Part shown: positions 1-9,525 of the stretch, piece after piece | How the letters are laid out: each line of letters starts with the position of its first letter | Position numbering within the stretch: position 1 is the first letter of the stretch | DNA from: Ignavibacteriota bacterium | GTDB lineage: Bacteria > Bacteroidota > Ignavibacteria > UBA10030 > UBA6906 | Length of the DNA stretch: 64,000 nt | Direction of reading: 5' to 3' | Assembly (NCBI GenBank): GCA_963801355.1 | Contig: CAWDEM010000008.1 | Coordinates: 1,088,001-1,152,000, forward strand | Translations under genes and position numbers: made by a program | Notes under the pieces: model-generated | Told to the model about the DNA's origin: nothing | Database searches by the model: none | What the model saw: the letters and a program-made list of their open reading frames with translations, nothing else

Positions 1-310
1 TGAGCGAAGAATAGCTTGCGGAGGTATCAGCCAGAAGACTATTCAGTCTTTTGTAGAGCGGCTCCCAGGAGGGAAACTTGTCCAGAACGGAGCGGGTGTA
101 CGCATTCTGTGCGTCGTTCCATTTCCGCACTTCGGAATTCCCGAGGTCATCCAACCAACGGTAGTCATCGATGACGCTGGTCCCGTAGTACTCATCCGTA
201 ACCGGGTGTCTTTCGGTGGGCGGGAACGAGGGATGCCGGTCGCCCGTGCAGGCGAACCCGAAAAGCATCACTGCCGCCGAGAGACTGATCAGACTTATGC
301 GAGGGTTCAT
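1..310 (-). CDS. Prolyl oligopeptidase family (S9A) serine peptidase, N-terminal part; runs off the window edge
   Basis: Not in the ORF track. My translation from ATG 310: MNPRISLISLSAAVMLFGFAC...HPVTDEYYGTSVIDDYRWLDD...VRKWNDAQNAYT, matching the S9A N-terminal 'V.D.YRWLE...W...QN..T' pattern; lipoprotein-like signal. Confidence 0.8.
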   Translation of the reverse strand, partial: MNPRISLISLSAAVMLFGFACTGDRHPSFPPTERHPVTDEYYGTSVIDDYRWLDDLGNSEVRKWNDAQNAYTRSVLDKFPSWEPLYKRLNSLLADTSASYSSL

Positions 311-414
311 ACTTGCCTCACTGGACTTGAGAATGCGGTGAGATGCTGTGCCGGGTAACAATTACGGGAAATGGAGGAAAAAAGCAATATATCCCGCGTT
401 TACCTTCGACCCAC

Positions 415-443
415 TTGCACATTACCTGTTAAAGCGGTATCTT
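415..443 (+). promoter_or_regulatory. sigma70-type promoter of higBA (TTGCAC-17 nt-TATCTT), probably giving a leaderless transcript
   Basis: -35 at 415-420 and -10 at 438-443; ATG at 449 only 5 nt later; no SD; short TACC/GGTA inverted repeat in the spacer. Confidence 0.55.
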
Positions 444-448
444 GTTGT

Positions 449-739
449 ATGATTCTCGACTTCGGCGACCAGACGACGGAAGACCTCTTTAATGGCAGTG
501 CTTCGAAGGCGGCTCGTCGCATCCCTGTCAGCCTATGGCCGATTGCCGTCCGAAAACTGGATATGCTGAATGCGGCGAGGGAGCTTCGAGACCTTCAGTC
601 TCCACCAGGCAACCGCCTGGAGAAATTGAAGCGCTCGTTCGCCGGATTCCATAGTATCCGGGTCAATGACCAGTTTCGCATCGTTTTCCGATGGGTCGAT
701 GGAAATGCCCGGGACGTCAGAATCACAGACTATCATTGA
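449..739 (+). CDS. higB: HigB (RelE/ParE superfamily) toxin
   Basis: MILDFGD..TEDLF...RKLDMLNAA..L.DL.SPPGNRLEKL...HSIRVNDQFRIVFRW...DV.ITDYH, typical of the plasmid-maintenance killer protein; lies upstream of the antitoxin. Confidence 0.9.
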   Translation: MILDFGDQTTEDLFNGSASKAARRIPVSLWPIAVRKLDMLNAARELRDLQSPPGNRLEKLKRSFAGFHSIRVNDQFRIVFRWVDGNARDVRITDYH

Positions 740-749
740 GGACACGGCT

Positions 750-1022
750 ATGATTCCGAACAAGCGAAGGCCAACACACCCGGGAAAGATTCTCCTCGAG
801 GAGTTCCTTCTCCCCATGGGAATGACACAGGTTGAGCTTGCTGAGAAGATGGGGGTTCCCATCCAGCGCGTCAACACACTCATCAATGCCCGGCGGGATG
901 TGACTGCTGAGACTGCAATTCTCCTTGGACGCGTCCTCAACACCTCGTCTGAGTTCTGGATGAACCTGCAAGTCGCATGCGATCTCTATGATGCACAGAC
1001 CACGCTGACGCATGCCGCGTGA
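750..1022 (+). CDS. higA: HigA antitoxin, XRE helix-turn-helix
   Basis: PTHPGKILLEEFL.PMGMTQ.ELA...TAETAILL...TSSEFWMNLQ..DL; GAGG SD; toxin-first gene order. Confidence 0.9.
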   Translation: MIPNKRRPTHPGKILLEEFLLPMGMTQVELAEKMGVPIQRVNTLINARRDVTAETAILLGRVLNTSSEFWMNLQVACDLYDAQTTLTHAA

Positions 1023-1121
1023 CCTGACAGCCCGTGCTCCATGGTACCGCCCCTCCCCTTCCGCATGTCCAGCAGAATTCCAGAACGAAAATCGCCTCAG
1101 CAATGATCGTCGGGAAGAAGA

Positions 1122-1325
1122 CTAAACCTGCCGATTTCTTCGGGTGCCGTCAAGGAGCTCTTGCAGATCAACACCGATGCAAAGATCGATCGCTTCACGA
1201 ACACGCCGCATGAGCACGTGAAGTGATTTGGCCTGTGTGTGGCAACCTGGGAGTTCCGGAACGCTGGCCACATAGAAGCCTTCTGCGTCGCGTTCGATAA
1301 CCACGGCAAACTCGCGTCTTTTCAT
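1122..1325 (-). CDS. HicB-family antitoxin, orphan and possibly truncated
   Basis: FAVVIERDAEGFYVASVPELPGCHTQAKSL..L..RVREAI.LC; no hicA partner seen. Confidence 0.75.
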   Translation of the reverse strand: MKRREFAVVIERDAEGFYVASVPELPGCHTQAKSLHVLMRRVREAIDLCIGVDLQELLDGTRRNRQV

Positions 1326-1412
1326 CTTTGGCCTCCACACAAATGTAGTCCATTCCTGACTCTCGTGCGACACGGGCTCCGGGAGAGTCACTTCTGCAAG
1401 GCGTTGAAGGAT

Positions 1413-3509
1413 CTACTTCAGCAACAAAGCTTTTCTCGTCTTGATATAGTCCCCCACCTGCAGCCTGTACAGATACACTCCACTTGCCATTCCGATCGCG
1501 TTCCAGGTAACCGTGTAGGTTCCGGGGTCCCTCATTTCGTTCACCAGCGTCGCCACCTCGCAGCCGAGGATGTCGTATACGCCGAGCTGCACCCACCTAT
1601 TGCCTATTGCCTCGTGCCTACTGCCTATTCCCGGTACTGTGTAGCCTATCGTTGTACTCGGGTTGAAGGGATTGGGATAGTTCTGGGAGAGACTAAAGCT
1701 TTCAGGCGTTGTGCCGGCAACCTGCGGGACGCCGCTGGCCGTCCCGGGATCAGTGGCGAATTTCAGCCCCCAGACTCTGTTCCCTCTGTACAGCGCATTC
1801 GACTCGACATCGCAAATATTCACACTGAAATTGTACGCGGCATACTTTTGTAGTGCCTTGACGAGCAGTGGGTTTCTTCCCTTCTTGAGAATGACCGTTA
1901 CGGTATCTTTGTAATTCTCTGTTCCCGCGAATGTCCTTGTCCCCGAGTAATTGTACACGACGACGCCATTCAGGTAGATCCTCAAAGCCTCATCAGAGCC
2001 CACCCAGAGCTCAGCCCCCCGATCCGCCGGAGCCAGGATATACGTAAACGCGTAACTCAGTACGTTGCTGGTGCTTGTGCCCGCGGCAGCGTAATAATCA
2101 TTGAGCATGATCTGATCATTTATGAAATACACGGGTTGACTCCAACCGCCCCCTCCCGCTACAGGCGCTGCTGATGTTTCATTGGCAATGAACCCGCTGT
2201 CCATAGGATTCGCAATGCCGTCCGTCGAATAGGGGCCGTTCAAGAGCCATGTGCGATTGCTCTGTCCGTAGAGCCCACTCCATGTCTGGGGCTTCTTGAA
2301 AAGCCGCTTGGTCTGTTCGATGCTCGAACCCAGCACCGTGATGCTATCCGGGTTGTTTGTTCCCAATCCGACGCGCTCGGCAAGGGTGATGTGTTCAATA
2401 TCGTCCGGGTTGAGCCCCATGACCCGGCAGCACACATGATCGACCGCCACTGGATCGTACCCGGCAATAATCGTGTTCATCTTCACCCGGTTCTTGATAT
2501 TGATGTTGCTCGAATCGGACGTGTAGCTGGGCGACTTGTCGGTTTCAAGACACGCAAGCGCGTCCACAACCACGAACTTAATCCTGGCAAGCGTCGACAA
2601 ATCTACAATTTCTTTGTCCTGCCAGTTGTATGGCGCCTGCACAAGGTGATGAAGCTTGTGTACACGGTTTTCCTGAAGCACACCGGTGGTCTTGTTGAAC
2701 CCATAGCGTGTGCTGGGAGCGATACCTATCTGGTTCTTCAGCGCACAGGTGAATCCGGGTTCCTTGTGGATCTTCATAACGGGCACCGAGATGTATACGC
2801 TCGCGTGTGTGACGTCGCGGTGGAGGAAGTACTTCCCTGCCTGCAGCTGGGCGGATCCCCCTCCCGGCACAGTCACGGTGTCCAGTTCTGGCCACGGATC
2901 GGTGTCGGAATTGCCGTTGAGATTCGTAATCCGGAAGTTGATCCCCGCGGCAAGCGCTTCCGTTTTGAGAAGCTGATAGCCTGACACACCGAACAATTCC
3001 TTCCAGGCTCTCTGGCTCGTGCCAGAGGCCTTCTCAAAAGTTGTGAAGGGTCTGGGGGATCCGTCGCCGACGACAATGGCAATCTTTCCGTGATCGATCT
3101 CATCGATCAAATACACCAACGCCTTCACGACCCGGACATCGGTAACACCACCGCTCCCGCTTGAGTCAGCCTGGACAAGGTTGGGTTTGATCAGCACCGT
3201 GTCGCCACTCTTAACGACCCCGCTCAATCCTCCGGCGAGATCGACTGCCCGCCGGACCATCTGGGCTACTGTCTGGTAGGTTAGAGTTTCAGCGGTTACA
3301 GGACACGGATCGGCCAACACCGGATCATTCGACCGCACAATTGCGACTTTCGTTGCGGCGGGTGATTTCAGTGTCTCATCACGTGCGTCGAGGAACGACA
3401 GATGGCCCTCATGCTTCGTGTTATGTGCCCGGGTGAGATCCCACCAGATCCAAGCCGTCAAGGCAAGCACATAAAGCAGATATCGATAGTAGTGTCTTAA
3501 GAAATGCAT
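1413..3509 (-). CDS. DUF362-domain protein with a beta-sandwich (PA14-like) region and T9SS CTD
   Basis: GDTVLIKPNLV, VPVMKIH...TCALKNQIG, DPVAVD motifs; C-terminal LSQNYPNPFNPSTTI...SGVYLYRL. Confidence 0.75.
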   Translation of the reverse strand: MHFLRHYYRYLLYVLALTAWIWWDLTRAHNTKHEGHLSFLDARDETLKSPAATKVAIVRSNDPVLADPCPVTAETLTYQTVAQMVRRAVDLAGGLSGVVKSGDTVLIKPNLVQADSSGSGGVTDVRVVKALVYLIDEIDHGKIAIVVGDGSPRPFTTFEKASGTSQRAWKELFGVSGYQLLKTEALAAGINFRITNLNGNSDTDPWPELDTVTVPGGGSAQLQAGKYFLHRDVTHASVYISVPVMKIHKEPGFTCALKNQIGIAPSTRYGFNKTTGVLQENRVHKLHHLVQAPYNWQDKEIVDLSTLARIKFVVVDALACLETDKSPSYTSDSSNINIKNRVKMNTIIAGYDPVAVDHVCCRVMGLNPDDIEHITLAERVGLGTNNPDSITVLGSSIEQTKRLFKKPQTWSGLYGQSNRTWLLNGPYSTDGIANPMDSGFIANETSAAPVAGGGGWSQPVYFINDQIMLNDYYAAAGTSTSNVLSYAFTYILAPADRGAELWVGSDEALRIYLNGVVVYNYSGTRTFAGTENYKDTVTVILKKGRNPLLVKALQKYAAYNFSVNICDVESNALYRGNRVWGLKFATDPGTASGVPQVAGTTPESFSLSQNYPNPFNPSTTIGYTVPGIGSRHEAIGNRWVQLGVYDILGCEVATLVNEMRDPGTYTVTWNAIGMASGVYLYRLQVGDYIKTRKALLLK
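1594..1631. repeat. Heptamer tandem repeat (TGCCTAT-like) inside a CTD coding region
   Basis: acctat tgcctat tgcctcg tgcctac tgcctat; encodes the extra loop GIGSRHEAIGNRW. Confidence 0.7.
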
Positions 3510-3526
3510 AATAGTCGTTCACTCTC

Positions 3527-4420
3527 TTAAAAAAGAGAATACACGGCCCCCGCGAAGCAGGAGAAAAAGAATGTCAGGAGGACGTAGAAGAGAAGCACTT
3601 TCCCGCCCAGAAGGGATTTGAAGGCGTACAGGGTCTCCAATTTCGTGGCCGGACCTGCAATGAAGAAGGCCAGCATCGCCCCTTTGCTCATCCCCATCTC
3701 CATGAGCGTCTGGACGAAGGGAATCGCAGCCCCACCGCATGAATAGAACGGCACGCCAAGTGCAATGGCCATAAGTGTCCCCATCCGCGCATGCTCGCCC
3801 AGAAGATCCGCGACAACCTGGGGAGGGACGAGGGCCTTGACTGCCGCACTCAATAAAATTGACACGGAGAACACTTTCGCCGTGTATCGCGCGCTACTCC
3901 AGAAATCAGCAGCTATGGTCTTTGGGGGAGAGTGTGGCGTGTCCGCAACGTCGGCGCGCGGGTGAGGGAGCAACTTGAAACTATACATCACGGCCAGCCC
4001 AGCCGTGCCGCCGAGGATGACTGCAGTCACTGTTCTCACGACAGCCAATTCGATGCCAAGCTGTGTGGCCGTAAGAAAGAACACGCTCGGATTCATTAAA
4101 GGTGATGCAATGGCGAATGCCAGCACTGCACTGAAGGGAATGCCCGCCGGCATCAACGAAAGCCCGACCGGGATCGCGGCATAGGTCGGCAGCGGGGAGA
4201 CTACTCCAATGATAGCAGCGGAAACAATGGTGAGAAGTTCACTGCGCGGGGAGAACGCCGGCTTCTTGCTTCTGAAATAACGTGTTGCCGCAACGCCAAT
4301 GATGATGCTGATGACCAGGTAAGGACCGATCGTCAATAGAAGGTCAACCGCCTCTTTCAGGATCCTGAGAGTGTAGGTCCCTTCCAGCAAGTCCAGGATA
4401 TAGTAATAGGCTTCGGACAC
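3527..4420 (-). CDS. DUF318/ArsP_1-type predicted permease
   Basis: Two-repeat hydrophobic protein with FAIASPLMNP and GVPFYSCGGAAIP...AFFIAGPAT motifs. Confidence 0.8.
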   Translation of the reverse strand: MSEAYYYILDLLEGTYTLRILKEAVDLLLTIGPYLVISIIIGVAATRYFRSKKPAFSPRSELLTIVSAAIIGVVSPLPTYAAIPVGLSLMPAGIPFSAVLAFAIASPLMNPSVFFLTATQLGIELAVVRTVTAVILGGTAGLAVMYSFKLLPHPRADVADTPHSPPKTIAADFWSSARYTAKVFSVSILLSAAVKALVPPQVVADLLGEHARMGTLMAIALGVPFYSCGGAAIPFVQTLMEMGMSKGAMLAFFIAGPATKLETLYAFKSLLGGKVLLFYVLLTFFFSCFAGAVYSLF

Positions 4421-4482
4421 GAATATAGTTCCTCCGCCTAAGATATGCAGAAATTACTCGCATTCAAACGTTCGATCAGATC

Positions 4483-5586
4483 TCACCGGAGAAGCAACAT
4501 CTTTCGCACATCCGTCTTCTGGTCAGTCGCCAAACGGTAGAAGTAGATCCCCGACGCAATGTCTACCGCATCGAATTTTATCACGTAGTATCGTCCCGCC
4601 TCCGCCGTACCGTCAAACATCGTCGCGACCTCTGCCCCCAGCATATTGTACGCCTTCAGCACCGCCTTGCCCGTCGTCTCTACCGAAAACTTCAACTGTG
4701 TACTCGGATTGAACGGATTCGGATAATTCTGCAAGAGCTGTAGTACCCGCGGCGCCACTTCCGCAACATCCGTCAACGTCACCTGCACAATCACACCCTC
4801 AGTGTAGTGAATCGGCCCGTCCATGTCCTGTTGTTTCAACCGGTAGGTGTAAATGCCCGCCTTGGGGATGCTCCTGTCCACGTAACTGTACACCTGGGAC
4901 TCGGATGTCGTGTTATGACCTTCAATGAAGGCACCGACCAGGTCGGCAAAGTCCGCGTCACCCTCCCCCTTGCGCTGCACAGTGTAGCCGAGGTTGTTCA
5001 CCTCGCTCGATGTCTTCCACTCCAGCACCACGCCCCCCTTGCTTGCGTTGGCACTTCCCGCAAATGACACAAGAGTTACCGGGAGCGGATTGTTGTCCGG
5101 ATTTATCCACGTGAAACTGCTCTTGATGGCCACCCCTGCGAAGTTGTAGGGCGAGCTGAACGTGGTGTTCCACGTAATCCCGGGACGCCCCGTCGGATTC
5201 ACAATTGTGAAATTCAGCCGTCCGATGTGTGTCGCTGTTCCGGGAATATCCGAGCCTGTGCCCGAGGAGCTCTTTACAATGTCCAGACTCGCTCTCGGCA
5301 CTACATTGCTCGCGCTCAGATCACTGTAGCTTGCGTTGCTCCCGTCGTCCCACCGCCCGTCCATCGCCGCATCCTTGCCGATAAACGTCAGCACAGCCGG
5401 GTCGTAATCGATGGCAAACACCGCATCTCCTAGTAAGGCCGTCGGTCCCGTGCTCGTCACTATGTACAGATCAACATGGAGCATTGCATAGTCCGGAATT
5501 AGTTGGACTGTGGCGACATACTCCTGACCGAACCCCAAACCACTAGCCAGAGACATTGTCATCAACATTAATCCTAATCGTCGCAT
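4483..5586 (-). CDS. Secreted protein: cohesin-like domain, 'LPVTL..F' linker domain and T9SS CTD
   Basis: AAGGAG SD; signal peptide; 'FAIDYDPAVLTF...IGRLNFTI' cohesin-like strands; LLQNYPNPFNP CTD. Confidence 0.7.
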   Translation of the reverse strand: MRRLGLMLMTMSLASGLGFGQEYVATVQLIPDYAMLHVDLYIVTSTGPTALLGDAVFAIDYDPAVLTFIGKDAAMDGRWDDGSNASYSDLSASNVVPRASLDIVKSSSGTGSDIPGTATHIGRLNFTIVNPTGRPGITWNTTFSSPYNFAGVAIKSSFTWINPDNNPLPVTLVSFAGSANASKGGVVLEWKTSSEVNNLGYTVQRKGEGDADFADLVGAFIEGHNTTSESQVYSYVDRSIPKAGIYTYRLKQQDMDGPIHYTEGVIVQVTLTDVAEVAPRVLQLLQNYPNPFNPSTQLKFSVETTGKAVLKAYNMLGAEVATMFDGTAEAGRYYVIKFDAVDIASGIYFYRLATDQKTDVRKMLLLR

Positions 5587-5626
5587 TGCTATCTCCTTCG
5601 TCATGCCGGCAAGTGATGCTACGGTA

Positions 5627-8317
5627 TTACGGAACATTTGTGCCGCGCAGATTATTCGCGCGAACAATCGTCAACTCATCCGACAGCACCACCGCATCGT
5701 CCATATTGACATCCGCTTTGTTGTACCCAGCCTGAAGGTTGTTCGTACGTATCACCGTCAGTTCGTCCGACAGCACAATGGCGCCTTCCGGCGTTACATC
5801 CCCCGCATACATCGCGTATATGCCCGGTGTCACCTCCACCATGGAAGCCAGGCCGTAAGCCATGCCAGCCGCCCTGAAGTCAGCCAGCCCGTTGACCGGG
5901 GTCAACCCGAAGTGATTCGCACTCATCACTGCCAGATGATTTCGATGTCTGAGCACAATATAGTAGAGCCCCTCCGCAACCCCCGGAAATCCCACGGGAC
6001 TCAGCCCATCCAAGTCGACAATGAATCCATCCCTTTTCACGAAAGCAGCCCGTGTCGCAGTTGTGCTCGACGCGGCCGTGCCTGTACGTAGTTGCACCAG
6101 TACCCAGTCGACAACGTCTGCGGGGATGCTCGACACCGATTCCGTCCCGGCATAGTTCCACGGGGCAATGTTGTACGGCTGGGTCAACGGAATCGATCCT
6201 GCCGTCCGCAGTGCTGTCGACATCATCCCGGCGGCGAACGGGCCCTGCAGCAGGACCCGCGCATTGCAGCTCACCGGAGTTCTGCGGAATACTGCGCGAA
6301 CGGCAATATCCAAGTCCACCAAATTGTCAAAAGTTGTACCATTCGTTGAAGAGTATGAATTTCCAGTGGCCGGAAGGGTGATGTCGACAGGAACTGTATA
6401 TCCGTCTGACGCTCTCTGGAAGACCATTTTCACGTAGATGGGCACGTTTTGCGTTACATCAATTGCAGGTGAGAAATTCAACTCTACGAAACTCGTTATC
6501 CCCGGGGAAGCTCCTCCTACCGGACTACCTAATTGCCCTGACAACGTCTTTGAGGTGAAATTGGCATACGCAGTTGCAGTGATATTTGTATACCATCCCC
6601 CGTAGCTGAACACCCTCAGTCCTTCAAGTTTACCTGTAAAAGCAGGAGTACACCTCACCATCGCATATCCGGTAGGTGATATTGAAGACCCAATGAACCA
6701 ACCGTTGAATGTTCTATAGAACTGCAGGGGATAGCCATAGTAAGTGGGGAGAACAGCCGCGGCTGTCATTGTAGCTCCAGATGCAGAGATGCTGGTTATT
6801 TCCACACCGCTCGCATTCGTATTCCAGAGCCTCGAGTTAGGTGTGGATGTTTGAGTCAAAGATGTATTACCTGTTGAACCAGGATAAGGATCTCCTGCGT
6901 CACCTCTGTTTGTATTTCCTGCCATTTGCTCCAAACCGTCAGCCTCATAAACCTTAACACCCAAGTGCGTATTGGTCACATTCACCCCATTAGAAGCCGG
7001 CCAGATATCAGCCAGATTCTTGTCCACATGATAAATCAACAACCCTGAGGTCGGCAGATTGAGATCAAATCCGGTCTGTTGTCTGTTCTCAATGAGCATA
7101 TACTCATCGGACTTGTTGTTGTCCATCCAGATTTTGTAGGAAAATGAATTCGTTTCAGCCCTAGGGATACTCAATGCTTGACTTGACGCAACGACAGTTG
7201 GGTTTGTATATCCCAGAAGTTCTTTGCAGTAAGCAGACATGTGTGACGGCCTTTCGGGAGTGTATCCATTTCCGCCCCAGCTTCCGCCGGCCATCAAACA
7301 CCAGTTACCTACACCTTGAGAACTTCCGTGTGAAGCGCCATCCGTATCATAAAGGTCAGGTAACCCAAGCATGTGTCCGTACTCGTGGCAAAACACTCCA
7401 ATATCAACATGATTTGACCCGTACAGTTCCGGCATGATAATATACATGTTTATGGTTTTTCCATCGTACGTCCTCGAATACGGCGTGCTCAGACCACCTG
7501 TATGGGACCAAATGTACTGCGTCTGGCTGCCTTCTTCGGCGCCTCTACCGGAATGCACTATGAAGAGTCCGTCGACAGCACCGTCGCCATCGTTATCGTA
7601 GAGCGAGAAATCAACTCCGTTTGCTTCTGCTGCATCAACACATTGGCTTACAAGTTCCCTCACATGTGTCGAGTAATTCGCATTACTATATGCATAATAG
7701 GACGATGGCTGTGCAGCGGTAATCCAATCTTTGTAGTCTGCCTGTATCGAGACAGCCTCATATGACACGTCCTTATAGTACTTGCTCATGCCGCCAATCC
7801 CGTCTTTCCAACTGTCATTGTTTACCATATCTTGAAAGCTCGCGCTCGTTTGAGTCGCAACGAGATCCGAATACTGCACACACAAAATGAGGACATGCAT
7901 TACCGCACTCTGCGGTTGCATCAACCCCTGAATACTCTTGTGAAGAGTATTGTCATCAACATATTTCTCCGTGCGGAAAGCCTGTTGTTTTTCGGCGATC
8001 ACCTGTTGTGACTCTGTCAGATGCTTGGGGATACTCATCATCGTTTGATTCGGGGGCAGTTTGCTGCCGCCCTGCACTTTGTACGCACTCGGAATGAACC
8101 TGCCTTCGGGACTTAGTGTCGCATAGTACCAGTACTCATCGCTCCCTCTAATTACGACGTAGCCGTCCAGGGTCTCGGCATAGTTGTAGCGCTCATCGCC
8201 AAAGCCCACCACGCTGAAGGTTGTTCCGTCAGGTTGTGAGACGACAGTTGGTGTGCGCTTCGCCGGCATGGAAAAAAGGGAGGCGCTGCATAACATCAGG
8301 AGAAGTACTTTCTTCAT
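5627..8317 (-). CDS. M6 (immune inhibitor A) metalloprotease with C-terminal dockerin-like duplicated motif; no T9SS CTD
   Basis: QPDGT..GDE propeptide; GVFCHEYGHMLGLPDLYD zinc motif; WCLMAGGSW; ends GDVTPEGAIVLSDELT...ADVNMDDAVVLSDELT. Confidence 0.88.
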   Translation of the reverse strand: MKKVLLLMLCSASLFSMPAKRTPTVVSQPDGTTFSVVGFGDERYNYAETLDGYVVIRGSDEYWYYATLSPEGRFIPSAYKVQGGSKLPPNQTMMSIPKHLTESQQVIAEKQQAFRTEKYVDDNTLHKSIQGLMQPQSAVMHVLILCVQYSDLVATQTSASFQDMVNNDSWKDGIGGMSKYYKDVSYEAVSIQADYKDWITAAQPSSYYAYSNANYSTHVRELVSQCVDAAEANGVDFSLYDNDGDGAVDGLFIVHSGRGAEEGSQTQYIWSHTGGLSTPYSRTYDGKTINMYIIMPELYGSNHVDIGVFCHEYGHMLGLPDLYDTDGASHGSSQGVGNWCLMAGGSWGGNGYTPERPSHMSAYCKELLGYTNPTVVASSQALSIPRAETNSFSYKIWMDNNKSDEYMLIENRQQTGFDLNLPTSGLLIYHVDKNLADIWPASNGVNVTNTHLGVKVYEADGLEQMAGNTNRGDAGDPYPGSTGNTSLTQTSTPNSRLWNTNASGVEITSISASGATMTAAAVLPTYYGYPLQFYRTFNGWFIGSSISPTGYAMVRCTPAFTGKLEGLRVFSYGGWYTNITATAYANFTSKTLSGQLGSPVGGASPGITSFVELNFSPAIDVTQNVPIYVKMVFQRASDGYTVPVDITLPATGNSYSSTNGTTFDNLVDLDIAVRAVFRRTPVSCNARVLLQGPFAAGMMSTALRTAGSIPLTQPYNIAPWNYAGTESVSSIPADVVDWVLVQLRTGTAASSTTATRAAFVKRDGFIVDLDGLSPVGFPGVAEGLYYIVLRHRNHLAVMSANHFGLTPVNGLADFRAAGMAYGLASMVEVTPGIYAMYAGDVTPEGAIVLSDELTVIRTNNLQAGYNKADVNMDDAVVLSDELTIVRANNLRGTNVP

Positions 8318-8513
8318 GGCGGACAATCCTCAATTGGACCTGGTGCGATGGCCAATTGTAGGGAACCCGCCAGTCAATGTCAAATTGTCGCTTGGTGAAT
8401 TGATTCCGTACCGAAAGGAGAAAATTTTAGGGCTGGCGTTGGATCAGATGGCAGCAGACATTTCGACCTACGGCTATCGGCCAGTTGCCCAGGTCATGGG
8501 ACCCTCGTGAAGA

Positions 8514-8645
8514 TCAGCCGGCCGGATGGGTTGTGATGACGGTGACATTCTTGATCTCTTCAATACCATAGGATGTGACAACTCCATCATCTGAACAGGA
8601 CAGAGGAGAGCGAGCATAGCAGCCGTGGCAGGCAAAAGTCTCAAG
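8514..8645 (-). pseudogene. Decayed lipoprotein fragment
   Basis: GGGAGG SD and TTG, hydrophobic leader, frameshift into SCSDDGVVTSYGIEEIK.., then a stop; echoes 'SCSDDG' of the neighbouring lipoprotein. Confidence 0.35.
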
Positions 8646-8662
8646 GCAACTTCCCTCCCGTC

Positions 8663-9430
8663 CTAGCGACTCCTATCAATCCAAAACACAATTGTCCCGT
8701 TTGAAAGGCCCCAGGTCGACGGCCTTCCGAAAAACCGTCCGCTCATAACCCCGGATGTGTCCCAATCCTGAACCTTCAGGAGGCCTGTACGAATTGTGTC
8801 AATCCTCGTTCCGGGATAGTCCGGTTTGCTAACGATCCATGCATTTGTCAGAAAGGGAAGCTGGTTTGTCCCCCTGTTCACCAGACTAAAATGGCACTGA
8901 AAGACCATACCGCCGGTTGCGAAGTCCCGCCTGAGGTGGACTGTATCGCCGGATATGTCAGCCGTCCAGGTCCGGCGGAACCCCATGTAGTCGACAACGC
9001 TGGAGTCTTCCGCTGTAATGGGAGGCGTGATGTCATAGTTACGGACGGAGAGTGTCAGTGTGTCCGTTACCTCCGTCACTGTGAATGCCGGAGTCACACC
9101 GAACGGATCTGACCCAAGCGACACTGAAATGGGACCCGACACCGCGCCAAACGGGACTAAGGCATTGATGGTGGTTCCTGTGTCGCAGTTGGCCATCAAC
9201 GCCCAATCGGCACCCCGGAAATAGACCAGATACGAATAGGTCGCCACGAAATGAGCATCCAGGATTGTGATGCGACTTCCGATTTTCCCATCGTTTGGCT
9301 TGACCGTTGGAGAAAACAGCTTTGAGATCTCTTCCGGGGGCACAACGGCGGAGCCATCGTCCGAACAACTCATTAGAACGAGTGCACACGTCAGGGCAAC
9401 GCCGAATGCAAACCGAGAGGTCTTATTCAT
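8663..9430 (-). CDS. Lipoprotein with IPT/TIG-like Ig domain
   Basis: Lipobox LMSC; P..GKIGSRITI...I.ALVPFGAVSGPISV. Confidence 0.65.
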   Translation of the reverse strand: MNKTSRFAFGVALTCALVLMSCSDDGSAVVPPEEISKLFSPTVKPNDGKIGSRITILDAHFVATYSYLVYFRGADWALMANCDTGTTINALVPFGAVSGPISVSLGSDPFGVTPAFTVTEVTDTLTLSVRNYDITPPITAEDSSVVDYMGFRRTWTADISGDTVHLRRDFATGGMVFQCHFSLVNRGTNQLPFLTNAWIVSKPDYPGTRIDTIRTGLLKVQDWDTSGVMSGRFFGRPSTWGLSNGTIVFWIDRSR

Positions 9431-9525
9431 GTCCGAGTTCACTACGAAATCCAAAGAAGCACATCTTTGACCTTGCCCCTATTGATCTCGCTCATGGAGT
9501 CGATCTAGAAAAGAACCCCTTACCC

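Noticed and set aside
1122-1325. Complete HicAB module
   Set aside because: No hicA-like ORF is adjacent; only an orphan hicB is supported.
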